This document shows, in pieces, positions 24,047 through 35,736 of a DNA stretch of 64,000 bases. The stretch spans positions 64,001 through 128,000 of IMG/VR virus record IMGVR_UViG_3300005590_000001; one strand, 5' to 3'. The notes under the pieces are model-generated. The model did no database searches and was not told the origin of the DNA. It saw only the letters and a program-made list of their open reading frames with translations. Each line of letters begins with the position of its first letter. Position 1 is the stretch's first letter. The translations under genes were made by a program, and so were the position numbers. The stretch comes from a virus.

Positions 24047-26074
24047 ATGAGGATTACAATGAGCAATGAAATTAGTCGTATAACTGCAGCGTGCAATAAG
24101 GCTGCTTTAGAAGGTGCCGGAGCGCAGAATACTGTTACATCAGCTATAGGCTCTTCTTTCTTAACTGGAAATGTTCAGGTACGATCAAATGAATATAAAC
24201 GGAGTGATTATACATATTGGAGACCTTCAGAACGCATTCCTCAGCCATCAGATCATAATGAGGTTGTTAGAGCTTGTTCTGATGTTTATAACAATATTGG
24301 GATTGTCCGTAACATTGTAGATTTAATGGCTGATTTTGCCATTAAGGGTTTTGATTGGACGCATACTAATAGATCGGTAGAACTTTTCTATAAGAACTGG
24401 TTTAAGTATATTGACGGTCCTAATTTCATTGAACGATTCTGTGTCTCATTATTACGAGATGGTTCAGCTCCTGTATATAGAGAACTAAGCAAAATTCCTA
24501 CTGATATTGCTAGAGACTGGAAGCGTGCTAGAAGTGCGGAGTTTCAAAGCTTTGAATCTAATAAGTTGACTTTGCCTAAAAGTTATACTATTATTAGTCC
24601 GATGTTCCTATTTGATCATGATCCTACCAGTAATACTTTTGCGAAAAAGCCAGTCTTAAGAGTACAACCACCAAGGGGTCCGCTTGTTTTGGGTGATAAT
24701 TCTAATCATGAGCAGATCTTAAGAACTACAAATCCCGGCGCCTTCCGTGCTTATAAGAGTATACCCGCTGATTTACGAGAAAAGAAGATAGTGCAGGATG
24801 GTAAGGATATTGATATTTATCATTACCGGAAAAATGACTGGGAATTATGGTCATTACCTGTAATTTACTCTATCTTAGAGCCACTAATTATGCTGCAGAA
24901 AATGCACCTGTGTGACTCTTCTGCTTTAGATGGTGCTATTTCGAGTGTTAGATTGTGGCGTGCTGGTTACATTGATCAGAATAACGCCTTGAATTCTATT
25001 ATTCCGTCGCCGGAAGTTTTAAAGAAAATTCGAGATATTGTTCTAAATAATATTCACGGCGGTGTCCTAGATATATTTTGGGGTCCGGATTTGGACTTTA
25101 AAGAATCTAGCACTAATGTACACGACTTCTTAAAGCCTGATAAATATACTCATATTATGAATATGATCTATGACGGCATGGGCATCCCTCCAGCTTTGAT
25201 TGGTGGAGGAGCCGCTAGTTCCACTACAGGATTTACTAATAACTTCATTTCTATGAAAATCTTTGTTGAAAGATTAAATTATATTCGTATGAAGTTAAAA
25301 GAATTCTTAATGACTGAATCTAAAGTTGTTCAGTCGGCGATGGGATTTAGTACTCCGGCCGTCCCAGTATTTGAAGATGCGATTGTTTCCGACGAAAACA
25401 ACTATCATTCTGTACTTATTGAACTTTATGACCGTGACGTTATTTCTTTAGAAACTATGCGAGAAGAGTTTAATAAGTTAAATCATATTGAACAATCTCG
25501 TGTTCGGAAAGAATATAAACGGCGAGATAAGGAACTCTTACCGCCGAAGACCGGCCGGTATTATCAAGCTATTGATCAAGATCCTGAACCGGAAGTGGTT
25601 CCATCAGCACCTAAAAAGAATAGTGAAGCACCACCCGATAAAGGTGGTAGACCAAATAATTCCAATGACACAAAAAAAAGAAAGCCGAAAGTTGTTAACC
25701 CAACCTCAGCCGCCGATATGCTTCAAGCTCAATCTTGGGCAAGAGAAGCTTTAGATAAAATTGGCGATATTGTGTCACCCATTTACTTACAACTTAAGAA
25801 AAAGACTAGCGCTCGGCAACTTACAGATAAAGAATCTGCCGAATTAGAAGATTTAAAATTAGGTGTTTTGTTATATTTCTCTCCTTGTAAGTCGTTTTCT
25901 ACCAAATGTGTCAGTGAAGCTTTAAATAATATTCCTAATATAGATCAAGCTAAATCCTTACGGGATAACCTTTTAAAAGAGGTTCCTGCTAAATTTAATA
26001 GGGAAATTAATAAAGATGACACAAGAAAAGCTGCTGCAGCGGCCTATGTTATGACAAAAATGACACAAAATTAG
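24047..26074 (+). CDS. portal protein
   Basis: Synteny after TerL; GIVRNIVDLMADF, GMGIPPALIGG, IS.ET.RE and GGRP in the C-terminal tail. Confidence 0.8.
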   Translation: MRITMSNEISRITAACNKAALEGAGAQNTVTSAIGSSFLTGNVQVRSNEYKRSDYTYWRPSERIPQPSDHNEVVRACSDVYNNIGIVRNIVDLMADFAIKGFDWTHTNRSVELFYKNWFKYIDGPNFIERFCVSLLRDGSAPVYRELSKIPTDIARDWKRARSAEFQSFESNKLTLPKSYTIISPMFLFDHDPTSNTFAKKPVLRVQPPRGPLVLGDNSNHEQILRTTNPGAFRAYKSIPADLREKKIVQDGKDIDIYHYRKNDWELWSLPVIYSILEPLIMLQKMHLCDSSALDGAISSVRLWRAGYIDQNNALNSIIPSPEVLKKIRDIVLNNIHGGVLDIFWGPDLDFKESSTNVHDFLKPDKYTHIMNMIYDGMGIPPALIGGGAASSTTGFTNNFISMKIFVERLNYIRMKLKEFLMTESKVVQSAMGFSTPAVPVFEDAIVSDENNYHSVLIELYDRDVISLETMREEFNKLNHIEQSRVRKEYKRRDKELLPPKTGRYYQAIDQDPEPEVVPSAPKKNSEAPPDKGGRPNNSNDTKKRKPKVVNPTSAADMLQAQSWAREALDKIGDIVSPIYLQLKKKTSARQLTDKESAELEDLKLGVLLYFSPCKSFSTKCVSEALNNIPNIDQAKSLRDNLLKEVPAKFNREINKDDTRKAAAAAYVMTKMTQN

Positions 26075-26116
26075 TCTTTTATAAAAAAATTGTGTAATTA
26101 TTTACAGAGGTAAATT

Positions 26117-27445
26117 ATGAAAATTTTCAAGGCTGAAGCTGAGATTGCAGATCTCATAAAAAATAATTCAACGGCGGTTTATGCCCCGATTATCTCATTA
26201 CAAAATAAAGATGAGCTTTCTGCTGACCGTAAAAAAGTTCTTGCGGCTTTTAGCCTTGATAAAAATTTTGATGTTTATTTCATTAATAGCATTTTAGCTA
26301 GTGTTGGTGTTAACAAGAATGATGATGTATTCTTAGCTTCTGAATTATGGGCAGCTAAAGATACTCCGGTATACAAACAATTCAATTATATGCACAATGA
26401 AAAAGATATCATTGGGTGTATCATTAAAAGTGCTGCTGTAGATTCTAATGGCCAACCTATCGTAGATGCTTCTAAAGCTAACGAAATAAACGATGTAATA
26501 ACACAAGCAGTCATTTGGACTTATTGGGATGATCCTCAGCTTTCAAAAAGAATGTCTGAGATTATTCAACGAATAGAGGCTAACGAACTATTTGTATCAA
26601 TGGAATGTTTATTCCATGAGTTTGATTACCAATTAACTAATGCATCTGAAACTAAAATTGTAAATCGTAATAACGATACCGCCTTTTTAAGTAAACACTT
26701 GAAAGTTTATGGTGGTTCTGGTCAATATGACGGTTATGAAGTTTCAAGAGTATTAAGAAATTATGTATTTAGCGGCAAGGGTCTTGTTGACAATCCTGCC
26801 AATCCTAGAAGTGTAATCGATTTTACCGTAACCAAAGCATCTAATCAGGAGAATATAATGACCTTAGATGAATTGCAGGCCGAGCTTGATCGAACAAAGG
26901 CAGAATTGAAAAATGTTAATGATGAATTTGCCGCGTTCAAAACAGCGCAAGCCAGTGATGCTGATCACAAAGCTGAAGTTGATGGCTTAAATAAGCAAAT
27001 CGCAGAACTTAAGCGAGTAATTGATGAGTATCAAGATAAATTTGACACTGCTAAAGCAGAAGCAACCTCAAAGGTTGACGAAGTGGTTAAGCTGTATGAA
27101 GCAGCTAAAGCAGAAAATGTTGAATTAAAAACAGAAGCTGTTAAGGCAGCTCGAATTGCTAAACTTGTCGCTGTGAAAGTCAGCGAAGATCGAGCATCGG
27201 AAATTTGTGCAACGTTTGCCGGTGTTAGTGATGAACAGTTTGATGAATTAGTGAAAACTTACGCCGCTCTTTCAAAACAGTCTGCTGCTCCTAACTTTGA
27301 TAAAGTTGAAGCTGAACAGGATGAATCATCTGAAGCTGAGTCTAAAAAAGACGATAAAGAGATGGAAGAATCTGAAGCTGAGACTAAATGTAAGTCAATT
27401 GCAGCTGAAATTGGCGAAATTCTTTCTTTGAATACTAAGGAGTAA
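26117..27445 (+). CDS. prohead protease fused to coiled-coil scaffold
   Basis: N.NDD.F, FNYMH..IIG, VSMEC, FSGKG.V.NPA, then a long Ala/Glu/Lys coiled coil. Confidence 0.78.
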   Translation: MKIFKAEAEIADLIKNNSTAVYAPIISLQNKDELSADRKKVLAAFSLDKNFDVYFINSILASVGVNKNDDVFLASELWAAKDTPVYKQFNYMHNEKDIIGCIIKSAAVDSNGQPIVDASKANEINDVITQAVIWTYWDDPQLSKRMSEIIQRIEANELFVSMECLFHEFDYQLTNASETKIVNRNNDTAFLSKHLKVYGGSGQYDGYEVSRVLRNYVFSGKGLVDNPANPRSVIDFTVTKASNQENIMTLDELQAELDRTKAELKNVNDEFAAFKTAQASDADHKAEVDGLNKQIAELKRVIDEYQDKFDTAKAEATSKVDEVVKLYEAAKAENVELKTEAVKAARIAKLVAVKVSEDRASEICATFAGVSDEQFDELVKTYAALSKQSAAPNFDKVEAEQDESSEAESKKDDKEMEESEAETKCKSIAAEIGEILSLNTKE

Positions 27446-27448
27446 ATA

Positions 27449-27916
27449 ATGGCTCTTAAGCACCAGATTCAAGTTCTTGAATATGATTTAAGCCGATACA
27501 TGCAGACTGCCGGAACTCGCGGTGGAGTTGTGTGCTTGGCTAATACTGGTACGTTCACTCCGGACATGGATCATCAGGACAATGTTGTGTCCTATGCAGC
27601 TGATCCTTCTGGTAAAGAACCCGTTGGACTGTTAATGCATACAGTTCGTTCCTACGATGTAACTGAAGTTGGTCAGAACTTCCAGAATCTGGATGTTGTT
27701 CCTCTGAACTCTAAAGTTACTCTTATGCGAAAAGGTACCTGTTCTACAGACATGGTTGATCCTTCTCGTTTATCTAGCATTGTTCCCGGTCCTGCGTATT
27801 TGACCGGTTCAGGTTTCTTATCTGATGAAGTTAGCGCGATGAACCCACAGGTCGGACGGTTTATGTCCTCTGCTGATTCTGATGGCTTCGTTAAAGTTTC
27901 TGTTCACCTTGACTAA
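27449..27916 (+). CDS. capsid decoration/cement protein
   Basis: 155 aa between the scaffold and capsid genes; PVGLL...G...TD....G.AY....G.L...VGRF pattern. Confidence 0.62.
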   Translation: MALKHQIQVLEYDLSRYMQTAGTRGGVVCLANTGTFTPDMDHQDNVVSYAADPSGKEPVGLLMHTVRSYDVTEVGQNFQNLDVVPLNSKVTLMRKGTCSTDMVDPSRLSSIVPGPAYLTGSGFLSDEVSAMNPQVGRFMSSADSDGFVKVSVHLD

Positions 27917-27933
27917 ATTGGAGAATTGACATA

Positions 27934-28944
27934 ATGTCGAAATTATTTAGTGAAATTTCTGAAGAAACTAAAGAAGTTTTGAAGTCTACGGCTTCACGCG
28001 ATGAAGCAGTGCGCGCCAAAGCTATCACTCAGTTTCTTGAAGCTGTCGAACTCCCGATTCGACAGGGTGTGATGGATGGTGAGAATACCGGTGGTATTTT
28101 CAATGTCACACAAATCCCTGCTGGAACAACCCCTGAATTCCCGATTGACTTTGTCGAGCCGGGTACTGAAGGACAATTCTTAGCGTGGACAAATCCGGGT
28201 AAAGGTTATATTCCTGCGATCGCAATCAACGGTTCGAAAATCGTTGGTCAGATCATCGGATCTACCTTTGCTGTTGAATACGATCTGGAATACGCACGTA
28301 ATGCACGATGGGATATTCTGGCTCGTCTTTCTGAAGTCTTCATGGCGTCTTTCGTCAAGAAGCGTAACGATGATGGTTGGCATACGCTTTTAGCTGCTGC
28401 TGCCGGTCGTGGTATGTTGGTTTATGATCCGGCTGCTTCAGCTGGTTCGTTCTCGAAGAAGCTTTTCTCTCTGCTACGATGCTCAATGGCTCGTAACGGT
28501 GGTGGAAATCAGACTTCCTTGAAGAAATCCCGAGCCACCGATGTATATATTTCTTGTGAGGGTGTCGAAGAAATCCTGAACTGGGACCTGTCTCAAGTTC
28601 CTGATTCTGTTCGAGCACAGCTTTATAATATGAGCAATGGTCAAGATACTGTTGTGGATATTTTAAAGACTCGCGTTCATGAAATGTATGAACTTGGTGT
28701 TGGCCAAGAATATCAGACTTACTACTCTACCAATCTTGGTGGATCTCTAGAAAGTTCCGATACTGAACTTGGTATTGCTCTAGACCTTGCAAATCGTGAC
28801 TCTTTTATCTTTGCCTTTACTCAGCCTCTAGAGGTTTACGAAGATCCTGCTCTGCATAGATCTCAAATGGGTGGATGGTATGGATGGGAACGTTACAGCG
28901 TTTTAGTTCTTGACAATCGACGAATTCTTCCTATCAGCTTCTAA
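27934..28944 (+). CDS. major capsid protein
   Basis: 336 aa, synteny, strong RBS, biased codon usage, followed by a terminator. Confidence 0.82.
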   Translation: MSKLFSEISEETKEVLKSTASRDEAVRAKAITQFLEAVELPIRQGVMDGENTGGIFNVTQIPAGTTPEFPIDFVEPGTEGQFLAWTNPGKGYIPAIAINGSKIVGQIIGSTFAVEYDLEYARNARWDILARLSEVFMASFVKKRNDDGWHTLLAAAAGRGMLVYDPAASAGSFSKKLFSLLRCSMARNGGGNQTSLKKSRATDVYISCEGVEEILNWDLSQVPDSVRAQLYNMSNGQDTVVDILKTRVHEMYELGVGQEYQTYYSTNLGGSLESSDTELGIALDLANRDSFIFAFTQPLEVYEDPALHRSQMGGWYGWERYSVLVLDNRRILPISF

Positions 28945-28972
28945 GAAAGCTGGGGAAAATTAATAAAAGATT

Positions 28973-29014
28973 TGGGCCTACGCAACTCTGATGGGGTGTG
29001 ATAGGCCCATTTTT
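28973..29014 (+). terminator. intrinsic terminator after the capsid gene
   Basis: TGGGCCTA...TAGGCCCA-TTTTT. Confidence 0.75.
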
Positions 29015-29107
29015 ATATCATTAATTATAAGGTATTATTGAATTATGAACTCGAATATCATTCAAAGACTCGGGAACTTCCGAGAGAAACTGTGGGGGTG
29101 GAAATAG

Positions 29108-30232
29108 ATGACGACATACTACGCGACACACAATGCAGCGGGCGGCGGTGCCGGCACATCTGTCGGTGACCCGTTCACTTTGCAGGAACTGTTCGACACT
29201 GTCACCAATTCCGATCTAGGGTTGATCTGCAACACCGGCACGTATACCCCATCGGCTCAGATTGATGTGGATAACGGTGCAAATGTTGGCACGGTTTCTG
29301 CGCGAACCCAAATCCGCGGTGCCGCATCGGATGGCACCGACGATGGGACAATTGCGACGATCAGTGGAAGCAGTCTCGGAGCATCCACCGATCTGATCAG
29401 TATTGACATCAACTACTATTACATCGCAAATCTAAGGATCACTGGAGCGACGCGATACAACGTCTACAGCGATTCGGATGGCAGCATCTGGGAAAACTGC
29501 CGGCTGGACAACGCGACCAGTCATGGATTCTGGCAGCAGACGAATCTTGACACCACCATCTTCAAGGTATGCGAAATCGACAACAACGGCGGTGCAGGAT
29601 ACACCGGCGGCTTCGACTCGCGAGGCTGTGGGATATGGGAGTCGTGCAGTATTCACGACAATGGCAGCTTTGGACTGAAACTCACTCCCGTCGGGAGAAT
29701 GATCGACACGATTGTCTTCAAGAACGGCGGCGATGGCGTGCGGATAGATATGAATTCGCACAGTACTGAAAACGGTGCGATCATTAACTGCACAATTGAT
29801 GGCAACACTGGAGACGGCATTGAAAGTGTGAACTCCACAATCGCGTCTGATTCGATGTCGATCGCCGATACGATCATCAGTAACAACGGAGGGTATGGGA
29901 TCAACCTCAACAGTACTCCACTGACGGGGTTCCAACTCAGGTTGCTGTGTGTCCCGACCAGCACAGGTGCAAATTCATTGGGGCAAATTGATGCTGGAAG
30001 CCTGCCTGCGGACACGGTGACAGATAACCCGGACTTTGTGGACAGAACAACGGGCGGCAGCGAGGACTACACGCCACAAGGCACAGGGCTGAAAGTGACG
30101 CGGTCTCCAATCAGTGGTGTCGGCGGCGACAGCTATAAGTGGGTTGGGGCAATTCAACCAGATACAGCATCGAGCGGTGGTGGCCTATTGGGGGTGACTG
30201 CTGCGTCTATGTCGGGAGGCATGAGAGCATGA
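29108..30232 (+). CDS. right-handed beta-helix virion protein
   Basis: Repeated C.I.NNGG.G / I.KNGGDG / I.GNTGDG turns; GC-rich relative to its flanks. Confidence 0.75.
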   Translation: MTTYYATHNAAGGGAGTSVGDPFTLQELFDTVTNSDLGLICNTGTYTPSAQIDVDNGANVGTVSARTQIRGAASDGTDDGTIATISGSSLGASTDLISIDINYYYIANLRITGATRYNVYSDSDGSIWENCRLDNATSHGFWQQTNLDTTIFKVCEIDNNGGAGYTGGFDSRGCGIWESCSIHDNGSFGLKLTPVGRMIDTIVFKNGGDGVRIDMNSHSTENGAIINCTIDGNTGDGIESVNSTIASDSMSIADTIISNNGGYGINLNSTPLTGFQLRLLCVPTSTGANSLGQIDAGSLPADTVTDNPDFVDRTTGGSEDYTPQGTGLKVTRSPISGVGGDSYKWVGAIQPDTASSGGGLLGVTAASMSGGMRA

Positions 30233-30660
30233 CAGCAATTCTTGCAGGATCAACTGACCAATCAGTCGACGTGTTCATCGCGGACTCGTCGTCATCAGTC
30301 GGGGCGGGCCTCACGGGGCTTGTCTACAACACATCGGGCCTCACGTGCTACTACCGCAAGGGGGCCACAGGGACTATGACCGCGTTGTCGCTGGCAACAC
30401 AGACGGTTGGTGGTGCCCATTCGGACGGGGGGTTTGTCGAGATCGACGCCACAAATGCTCCGGGTCTCTATCGTCTGGATCTCAGCGACACAATTGTTGC
30501 GGCTGAAGGACGGGCCAGTCTATACCTGCACGGTGCGGCGAACATGGCACCATGCGTTGATCGAATTGACTGTGTGCCGATCCCGTCCAACGTCAAGCAG
30601 ATCAATGACGTGGCAATCACGGGCGATGGTTCTTCCGGTGACAAGTTCGGGGTTGACTGA
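30229..30660 (+). CDS. small virion adaptor-like protein (paralog family with 38483 and 39252)
   Basis: ATGA coupling; EIDATNAPGLYRLDL vs ELDAANHKGIYIFDL. Confidence 0.6.
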   Translation: MTAILAGSTDQSVDVFIADSSSSVGAGLTGLVYNTSGLTCYYRKGATGTMTALSLATQTVGGAHSDGGFVEIDATNAPGLYRLDLSDTIVAAEGRASLYLHGAANMAPCVDRIDCVPIPSNVKQINDVAITGDGSSGDKFGVD

Positions 30661-32930
30661 TGGCGAACGACGTTCTTGAACCAATCTTCGGCGATGTGTG
30701 GGGCGACGTGTGGGAGCAGGATGCTCGCCCCGCGTCATGGCCGGATTACATGGCCAACCGGAAGATCACCGGCCTGACGACGATCACACCAAAGATCAAG
30801 TGCCAACTTGTCAGCGGCACGATGCCATTTGCGGTGCAGGTGTCTGCCGAGCAGACCACGTATGACGCATCCGGAAACCCCTATTTCGATTTGCACTACG
30901 AGTGGGACTTTGGCGACCCGTCCTCCACGGAAATCTTCTACTCGAAGATGACAGGGCAGTACCTCAATTCCAACAGTGATCAGATTACGCCTGACGCGAC
31001 GCACCTTTATCGCAGTGACGGCAGCTACACAATCACGCTGACGGTCAAGGGAATCAACGAGTACGGGCAGACGGTTTCCGCCAGTACAACGAGCATCCTG
31101 ACGCTCGGCGACTACGAGATATTCATGGGCGGTGCGACAGGCGGCACGTTCACGCTCACGGTCGATGGACAGACAACCTCGGCGATCGCTTATGACGCTA
31201 CGATGGCAACCATCGTCACCAATCTGGAAGGCCTGAGTACGGTCGGCAGCGGCAACGCAAGAGACACAGGGCGAGGGACGTTTGAGCTGTGCGGTGACTT
31301 GGCTGGCGACACGCTGACGGTCTCGGCGAATTTCGGCAGTCTGACAGGTGTTGGAACTGGCGACTCTGCACCTCAGTTGATTGAGCGGGCAACAAGTGCG
31401 ACGGCATCGAGTATCACGGTTGCGGATCTAACGGGGTGGACACAACGCTGGTTCGATCCAAGTGCTGGAACGAATGGCGATGGGTTGTCGTCTGCTAGTC
31501 CGTGGAATGACGCCAGTGAGGCGTTCGATCATTTGAGTTCCAGCGTCAACTCATCGGACAAGGCGTGGCTGTGGCTGGCAACCGATTCGACGTGGGAGAT
31601 CGAAGCAAACCGGATACCGATGGAGAGTGTCAGTGGGAGAGTCATTGCCGCGTACGGTTCTGGGGCGAAACCGATCATCAAGAATGAAACAGGAAGTTTC
31701 ACGTTCAATGTTGAGTTGTTCTACTTCGCTCTACCGTACTCGTCAGGCGGAAACCTGACGGAATCAGAATTTAAGATCATCGGGTGCGACCTTCGCGGGA
31801 CACGAACAAGTGCCATTGCGTGTGTGCAAATTACACAGACAAACAATGGCACCAGCACAACACCTCGCACATGGTTTCGTGATGGTTTGATCGCTGATTG
31901 CGACTTCACCCGAACTGCTGGAAGTGGTCAGCTTTATCGCACGGATGGTACAGAGACTGTTCACAATGTTGTGAGTTGGGACACCGACTATGACGGGGGT
32001 GCATTTGAAGCATTAGCGACGTTAAATCTGAATATGGCAGACTGGGTCTCATGTGTTGGCGGTTCATTCAAAGGAATCGACGGCGATGACGTTTTTCATC
32101 ATCACGTCTATCCGAAGGTTCACAACCATTGGCTCTGTGAGTGGGTCACATTCAAAGAGGTGATATCTGCAAATTATTGTGTAAACACAAACACTCAAGG
32201 CGATGGTGCCTGTCGATGGTTTGTGTTTTCAGATTGCGATATCACCGGCACGAAGAATGGCATCGACGCCAGTAACTTGCAAAACAGTTACGACGAAGGC
32301 GACACGTCCTGGATTCAGGACATGATTGTTCAGGGGTGCGAGTTTCATGATCTGACGGAATCTGGAATTGCGGCATGGAACGTGAAGTCAGTGGATATTA
32401 GGCATTGCGTTTTCGCGAACAATGCCTCGCTGAATATCACCATCTCCCGCGTGGCTCTTTGTGATGACCTCCGTGTCCATAATAGCCGATTCTACGGCGA
32501 GTTGTGTGCCATTCGGATGTGGCAAGACAACGGGACATTTTTCGGAAACAAAGTACACAATACGGGGTCAACGATCCAGACGGCGATTCAGCACGAATCG
32601 GATGAAATGGATATCACGACTTGGGATGCGGATCAAAATACGCTGTGGGCACCGAACAATACTGAAATACTCTACGGACGCGACGGCGAGGGTTACGAGT
32701 CATTCGAAGACTGGCAGGCGTATGGCCATGACGCCAACGGGCAAGAGGCGGACCCGTCGTTCGACGATCCCGCGAATGGCGTGCTGGAGTACAACTGGGC
32801 AATACCTAGTTATGATAGTTTGCCAGAAGTTTCTGGAGATACGGATGTTGGTTCCATCACTAGATTAGTCGGCTATGATATAGCCGGTAACGTCGCTTTT
32901 GATATTAGTTCAACAAATTTATGGTCTTAA
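30660..32930 (+). CDS. PKD-domain + beta-helix virion/receptor-binding protein
   Basis: YEWDFGD...H.Y...GSYTITLTV (PKD), GGTFTLTVDGQTT.AIAYDA flexible-tail motif, C-terminal beta-helix. Confidence 0.75.
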   Translation: MANDVLEPIFGDVWGDVWEQDARPASWPDYMANRKITGLTTITPKIKCQLVSGTMPFAVQVSAEQTTYDASGNPYFDLHYEWDFGDPSSTEIFYSKMTGQYLNSNSDQITPDATHLYRSDGSYTITLTVKGINEYGQTVSASTTSILTLGDYEIFMGGATGGTFTLTVDGQTTSAIAYDATMATIVTNLEGLSTVGSGNARDTGRGTFELCGDLAGDTLTVSANFGSLTGVGTGDSAPQLIERATSATASSITVADLTGWTQRWFDPSAGTNGDGLSSASPWNDASEAFDHLSSSVNSSDKAWLWLATDSTWEIEANRIPMESVSGRVIAAYGSGAKPIIKNETGSFTFNVELFYFALPYSSGGNLTESEFKIIGCDLRGTRTSAIACVQITQTNNGTSTTPRTWFRDGLIADCDFTRTAGSGQLYRTDGTETVHNVVSWDTDYDGGAFEALATLNLNMADWVSCVGGSFKGIDGDDVFHHHVYPKVHNHWLCEWVTFKEVISANYCVNTNTQGDGACRWFVFSDCDITGTKNGIDASNLQNSYDEGDTSWIQDMIVQGCEFHDLTESGIAAWNVKSVDIRHCVFANNASLNITISRVALCDDLRVHNSRFYGELCAIRMWQDNGTFFGNKVHNTGSTIQTAIQHESDEMDITTWDADQNTLWAPNNTEILYGRDGEGYESFEDWQAYGHDANGQEADPSFDDPANGVLEYNWAIPSYDSLPEVSGDTDVGSITRLVGYDIAGNVAFDISSTNLWS

Positions 32931-33236
32931 TTGGAGAAAATAATGGATCTTTTAGATAGTAACGCAACTGGAGCAATTACTGGCTCGTGGATTACAAATC
33001 CATACAAAAAATGTGTATTTTATATAGAGGGAACACCCGGCGGGGCAACATATATTCTACGCTGGAGACCTTCAGATTCTACTGGTAATGGTAATCCAGT
33101 AGTGGTTTATAGTTCTTTTGACACAGATGCAACAACTATTAAGGCTGTGCAAGTAACTGGTGGTTGGTTTCAAGTTGAAGTTTCCGGGGGTTCCGGGGTC
33201 AATGCTATGCCACAAGTTCATCAAAGTGAAGTGTAA
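32931..33236 (+). CDS. small virion protein
   Basis: Operon position; Gly/Ser/Thr-rich. Confidence 0.55.
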   Translation: MEKIMDLLDSNATGAITGSWITNPYKKCVFYIEGTPGGATYILRWRPSDSTGNGNPVVVYSSFDTDATTIKAVQVTGGWFQVEVSGGSGVNAMPQVHQSEV

Positions 33237-33239
33237 GAT

Positions 33240-33695
33240 ATGTCTACAACCTTCCTAAGTGAAACTATACCGATGTTAAGAGCAAATATCGACGATATGA
33301 ATTCGTGCGATTATGAATATACAGATGAGCGCTTAGCTCAACTATTATTTATATCGGCCGATTACGTAAATATCGATATGTGTTGGTCTTATGACATTTG
33401 TGTATCGGCCCAAACAATATCGCCGAATCCAACTACACCAAATAAAGATGGGAAATTTTTACATTTGGTTGTTTTAAAAGCTTCGCATATTTTCTATAAA
33501 AGTCTGCAAAGTAGTTATTCTGTCGGCGGATTTAAATTGTCAGATGGACCAACTTCTATTGACTTAGGGAGTAACGCTACAAATATTAGGATGGTGGGCG
33601 ATGATTATCTAACACAGTATAATCGGCTGAAACACTCGATAATGTTCTGTAGTGGCGGATACGGCATTATAACTCCATATGGAGGCATTACTTAA
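33240..33695 (+). CDS. head-tail adaptor protein
   Basis: LR..IDD......YTDE.L...L and SDGPTSID pattern typical of adaptor proteins. Confidence 0.55.
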   Translation: MSTTFLSETIPMLRANIDDMNSCDYEYTDERLAQLLFISADYVNIDMCWSYDICVSAQTISPNPTTPNKDGKFLHLVVLKASHIFYKSLQSSYSVGGFKLSDGPTSIDLGSNATNIRMVGDDYLTQYNRLKHSIMFCSGGYGIITPYGGIT

Positions 33696-35722
33696 TGAAT
33701 AATATTTCAATAGTAGCACCCCGAAGCGTATTCTTATCGGACGGTAATAAAGTATTTATGCCTGATTCGCTAGGAACAGCCGGACAAATTATGGTTTTAT
33801 CATCTGATGGAACCAAATTTGAATTTAGTTCAGGCTCCGGTACAGCTTGGGGTGGAATCACCGGCACACTTTCGAATCAGTCTGATTTACAGACGGAGTT
33901 AGATGGAAAACAGGATGCAGACGCAGACTTAACTGCTCTTGCGGCTTTATCTGGAACAGACACAATTTATTATCGGTCCGGAGCAAATACATGGTCTGCT
34001 GTTACTATTGGATCTGGATTAGATTTTTCTTCTGGTGAGTTGACGGCGACTTTTACGGGCGGGATTACAGACGGCGATACTCTATCTATTGGATTAACAC
34101 TGCCGAATTCCGGCTTACATTTATTGGACACTAATGGGAGTCACGATTTAATTATTTCGCCGGGATCCGACTTAACCGCTGATCGAACACTCTCTATTAT
34201 CACTGGTGATTCTAATCGTAATTTAACACTGACGGGGGATGCAAGCATTTCTGGTACGAATACTGGAGATCAAACTAATGTCAGTGGAAATGCTGGAACT
34301 GTTACACATAATGATTATTCAGGATCAATGTCGACACTATCAATTGTGTTAACTAATGGTTCTGTGGTTGGTACTACTTTATCAGGTCCGACATGGAATG
34401 ATGATTCTGAAGTTTTTGCAATTGTTGGTGATATAACCGTCACTGGCACAGTAGACGGTCGAGATATAGCATCTGATGGAAGTAAATTAGACGGTATAGA
34501 ATCTGGAGCTGACGTAACGGATACAACCAATGTAACTGCTGCTGGGGCCTTAATGGACTCAGAAGTTGACGCCGATATTAAAACTTTAAGTTTACCGGCA
34601 AATACTACAATTTCTACATTTGGTGCAACTTTAATAGATGATGCAGATGCCGCAACTGCAAGATCTACATTAGGTGTAGACGCAGCAGGAACGGATAATA
34701 GCACAGATGTAACTTTAGCTGGAAGTTTAGATTATATAACGATTGCTGGACAAGTCATTACTCGTAATGCTATTGATTTGTCAACTGATGTGACTGGTGA
34801 TTTGCCAGTTACAAATTTGAATGGTGGTACTTCTGCTTCTTCGAGCACATTCTGGAGAGGCGATGGTACTTGGGCAACACCCGGTGGCGGAGGAAACGTA
34901 AGCAATACTGGAACGCCCGTTGATAATCAAATACCTGTTTGGACTTCCTCTACTGTTATTGAAGGTACTGCCGATCTTACTTATGATGGTTCCACATTAG
35001 CTGTCAGTGGAGATATTATATTAAGTGGAACTGTTGATGGGAGAGATATAGCTAGCGACGGCAGCAAACTCGATGGAATTGAAGCTGGTGCTGATATAAC
35101 AGATACAACTAATGTGACTGCAGCTGGCGCTTTAATGGATTCAGAAGTAGATGCTAATATTAAAACATTATCACTTCCGGCGTCTACAACAATTTCTTCT
35201 TTTGGCGCATCTCTTGTGGATGATGCAAATGCCACGGCAGCAAGAACCACCTTGGGTGTCGACGCAGCAGGAACCGATAATTCTACAGATGTCACCCTAG
35301 CGGGCACGCCGGACTACATTACTATTGCTGGACAGGTCATAACTAGGAATCAAATAAATCTTACTGATGATATTACCGGCGCATTTTCGGTGCCGTCAGA
35401 AGTGCACCATGTTAATACTAGCCAAACTCCATCCGGTACTACTGTTACTATCAATTGGACGACCAGTACATTTCAAACTTTAAATTTAGGAAGTGCTAGT
35501 GGTGATGTTACAATTTCATTTACTGATCCGTCAGGTCCTGCTCGCTTATCTATTAAATTAGTACAAGGGGCGACTGCACGAGATTTGACATGGCCCGCAG
35601 CTGTTAAGTGGGATGACGATGGTGAGATAACATGGAATTCTGACACTAGTAAGACTCGTATTTTATCATTCTTATTTGATGGAACTAATTATTTTGGCAT
35701 TCCATCTTCAACTTTTACATAA
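33695..35722 (+). CDS. fibre protein with internal 124-aa duplication
   Basis: [49 protein letters not shown] fibre motifs; repeat 34427-34798 / 35009-35380. Confidence 0.8.
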   Translation: MNNISIVAPRSVFLSDGNKVFMPDSLGTAGQIMVLSSDGTKFEFSSGSGTAWGGITGTLSNQSDLQTELDGKQDADADLTALAALSGTDTIYYRSGANTWSAVTIGSGLDFSSGELTATFTGGITDGDTLSIGLTLPNSGLHLLDTNGSHDLIISPGSDLTADRTLSIITGDSNRNLTLTGDASISGTNTGDQTNVSGNAGTVTHNDYSGSMSTLSIVLTNGSVVGTTLSGPTWNDDSEVFAIVGDITVTGTVDGRDIASDGSKLDGIESGADVTDTTNVTAAGALMDSEVDADIKTLSLPANTTISTFGATLIDDADAATARSTLGVDAAGTDNSTDVTLAGSLDYITIAGQVITRNAIDLSTDVTGDLPVTNLNGGTSASSSTFWRGDGTWATPGGGGNVSNTGTPVDNQIPVWTSSTVIEGTADLTYDGSTLAVSGDIILSGTVDGRDIASDGSKLDGIEAGADITDTTNVTAAGALMDSEVDANIKTLSLPASTTISSFGASLVDDANATAARTTLGVDAAGTDNSTDVTLAGTPDYITIAGQVITRNQINLTDDITGAFSVPSEVHHVNTSQTPSGTTVTINWTTSTFQTLNLGSASGDVTISFTDPSGPARLSIKLVQGATARDLTWPAAVKWDDDGEITWNSDTSKTRILSFLFDGTNYFGIPSSTFT

Positions 35723-35736
35723 TATAGGAAACTTAA

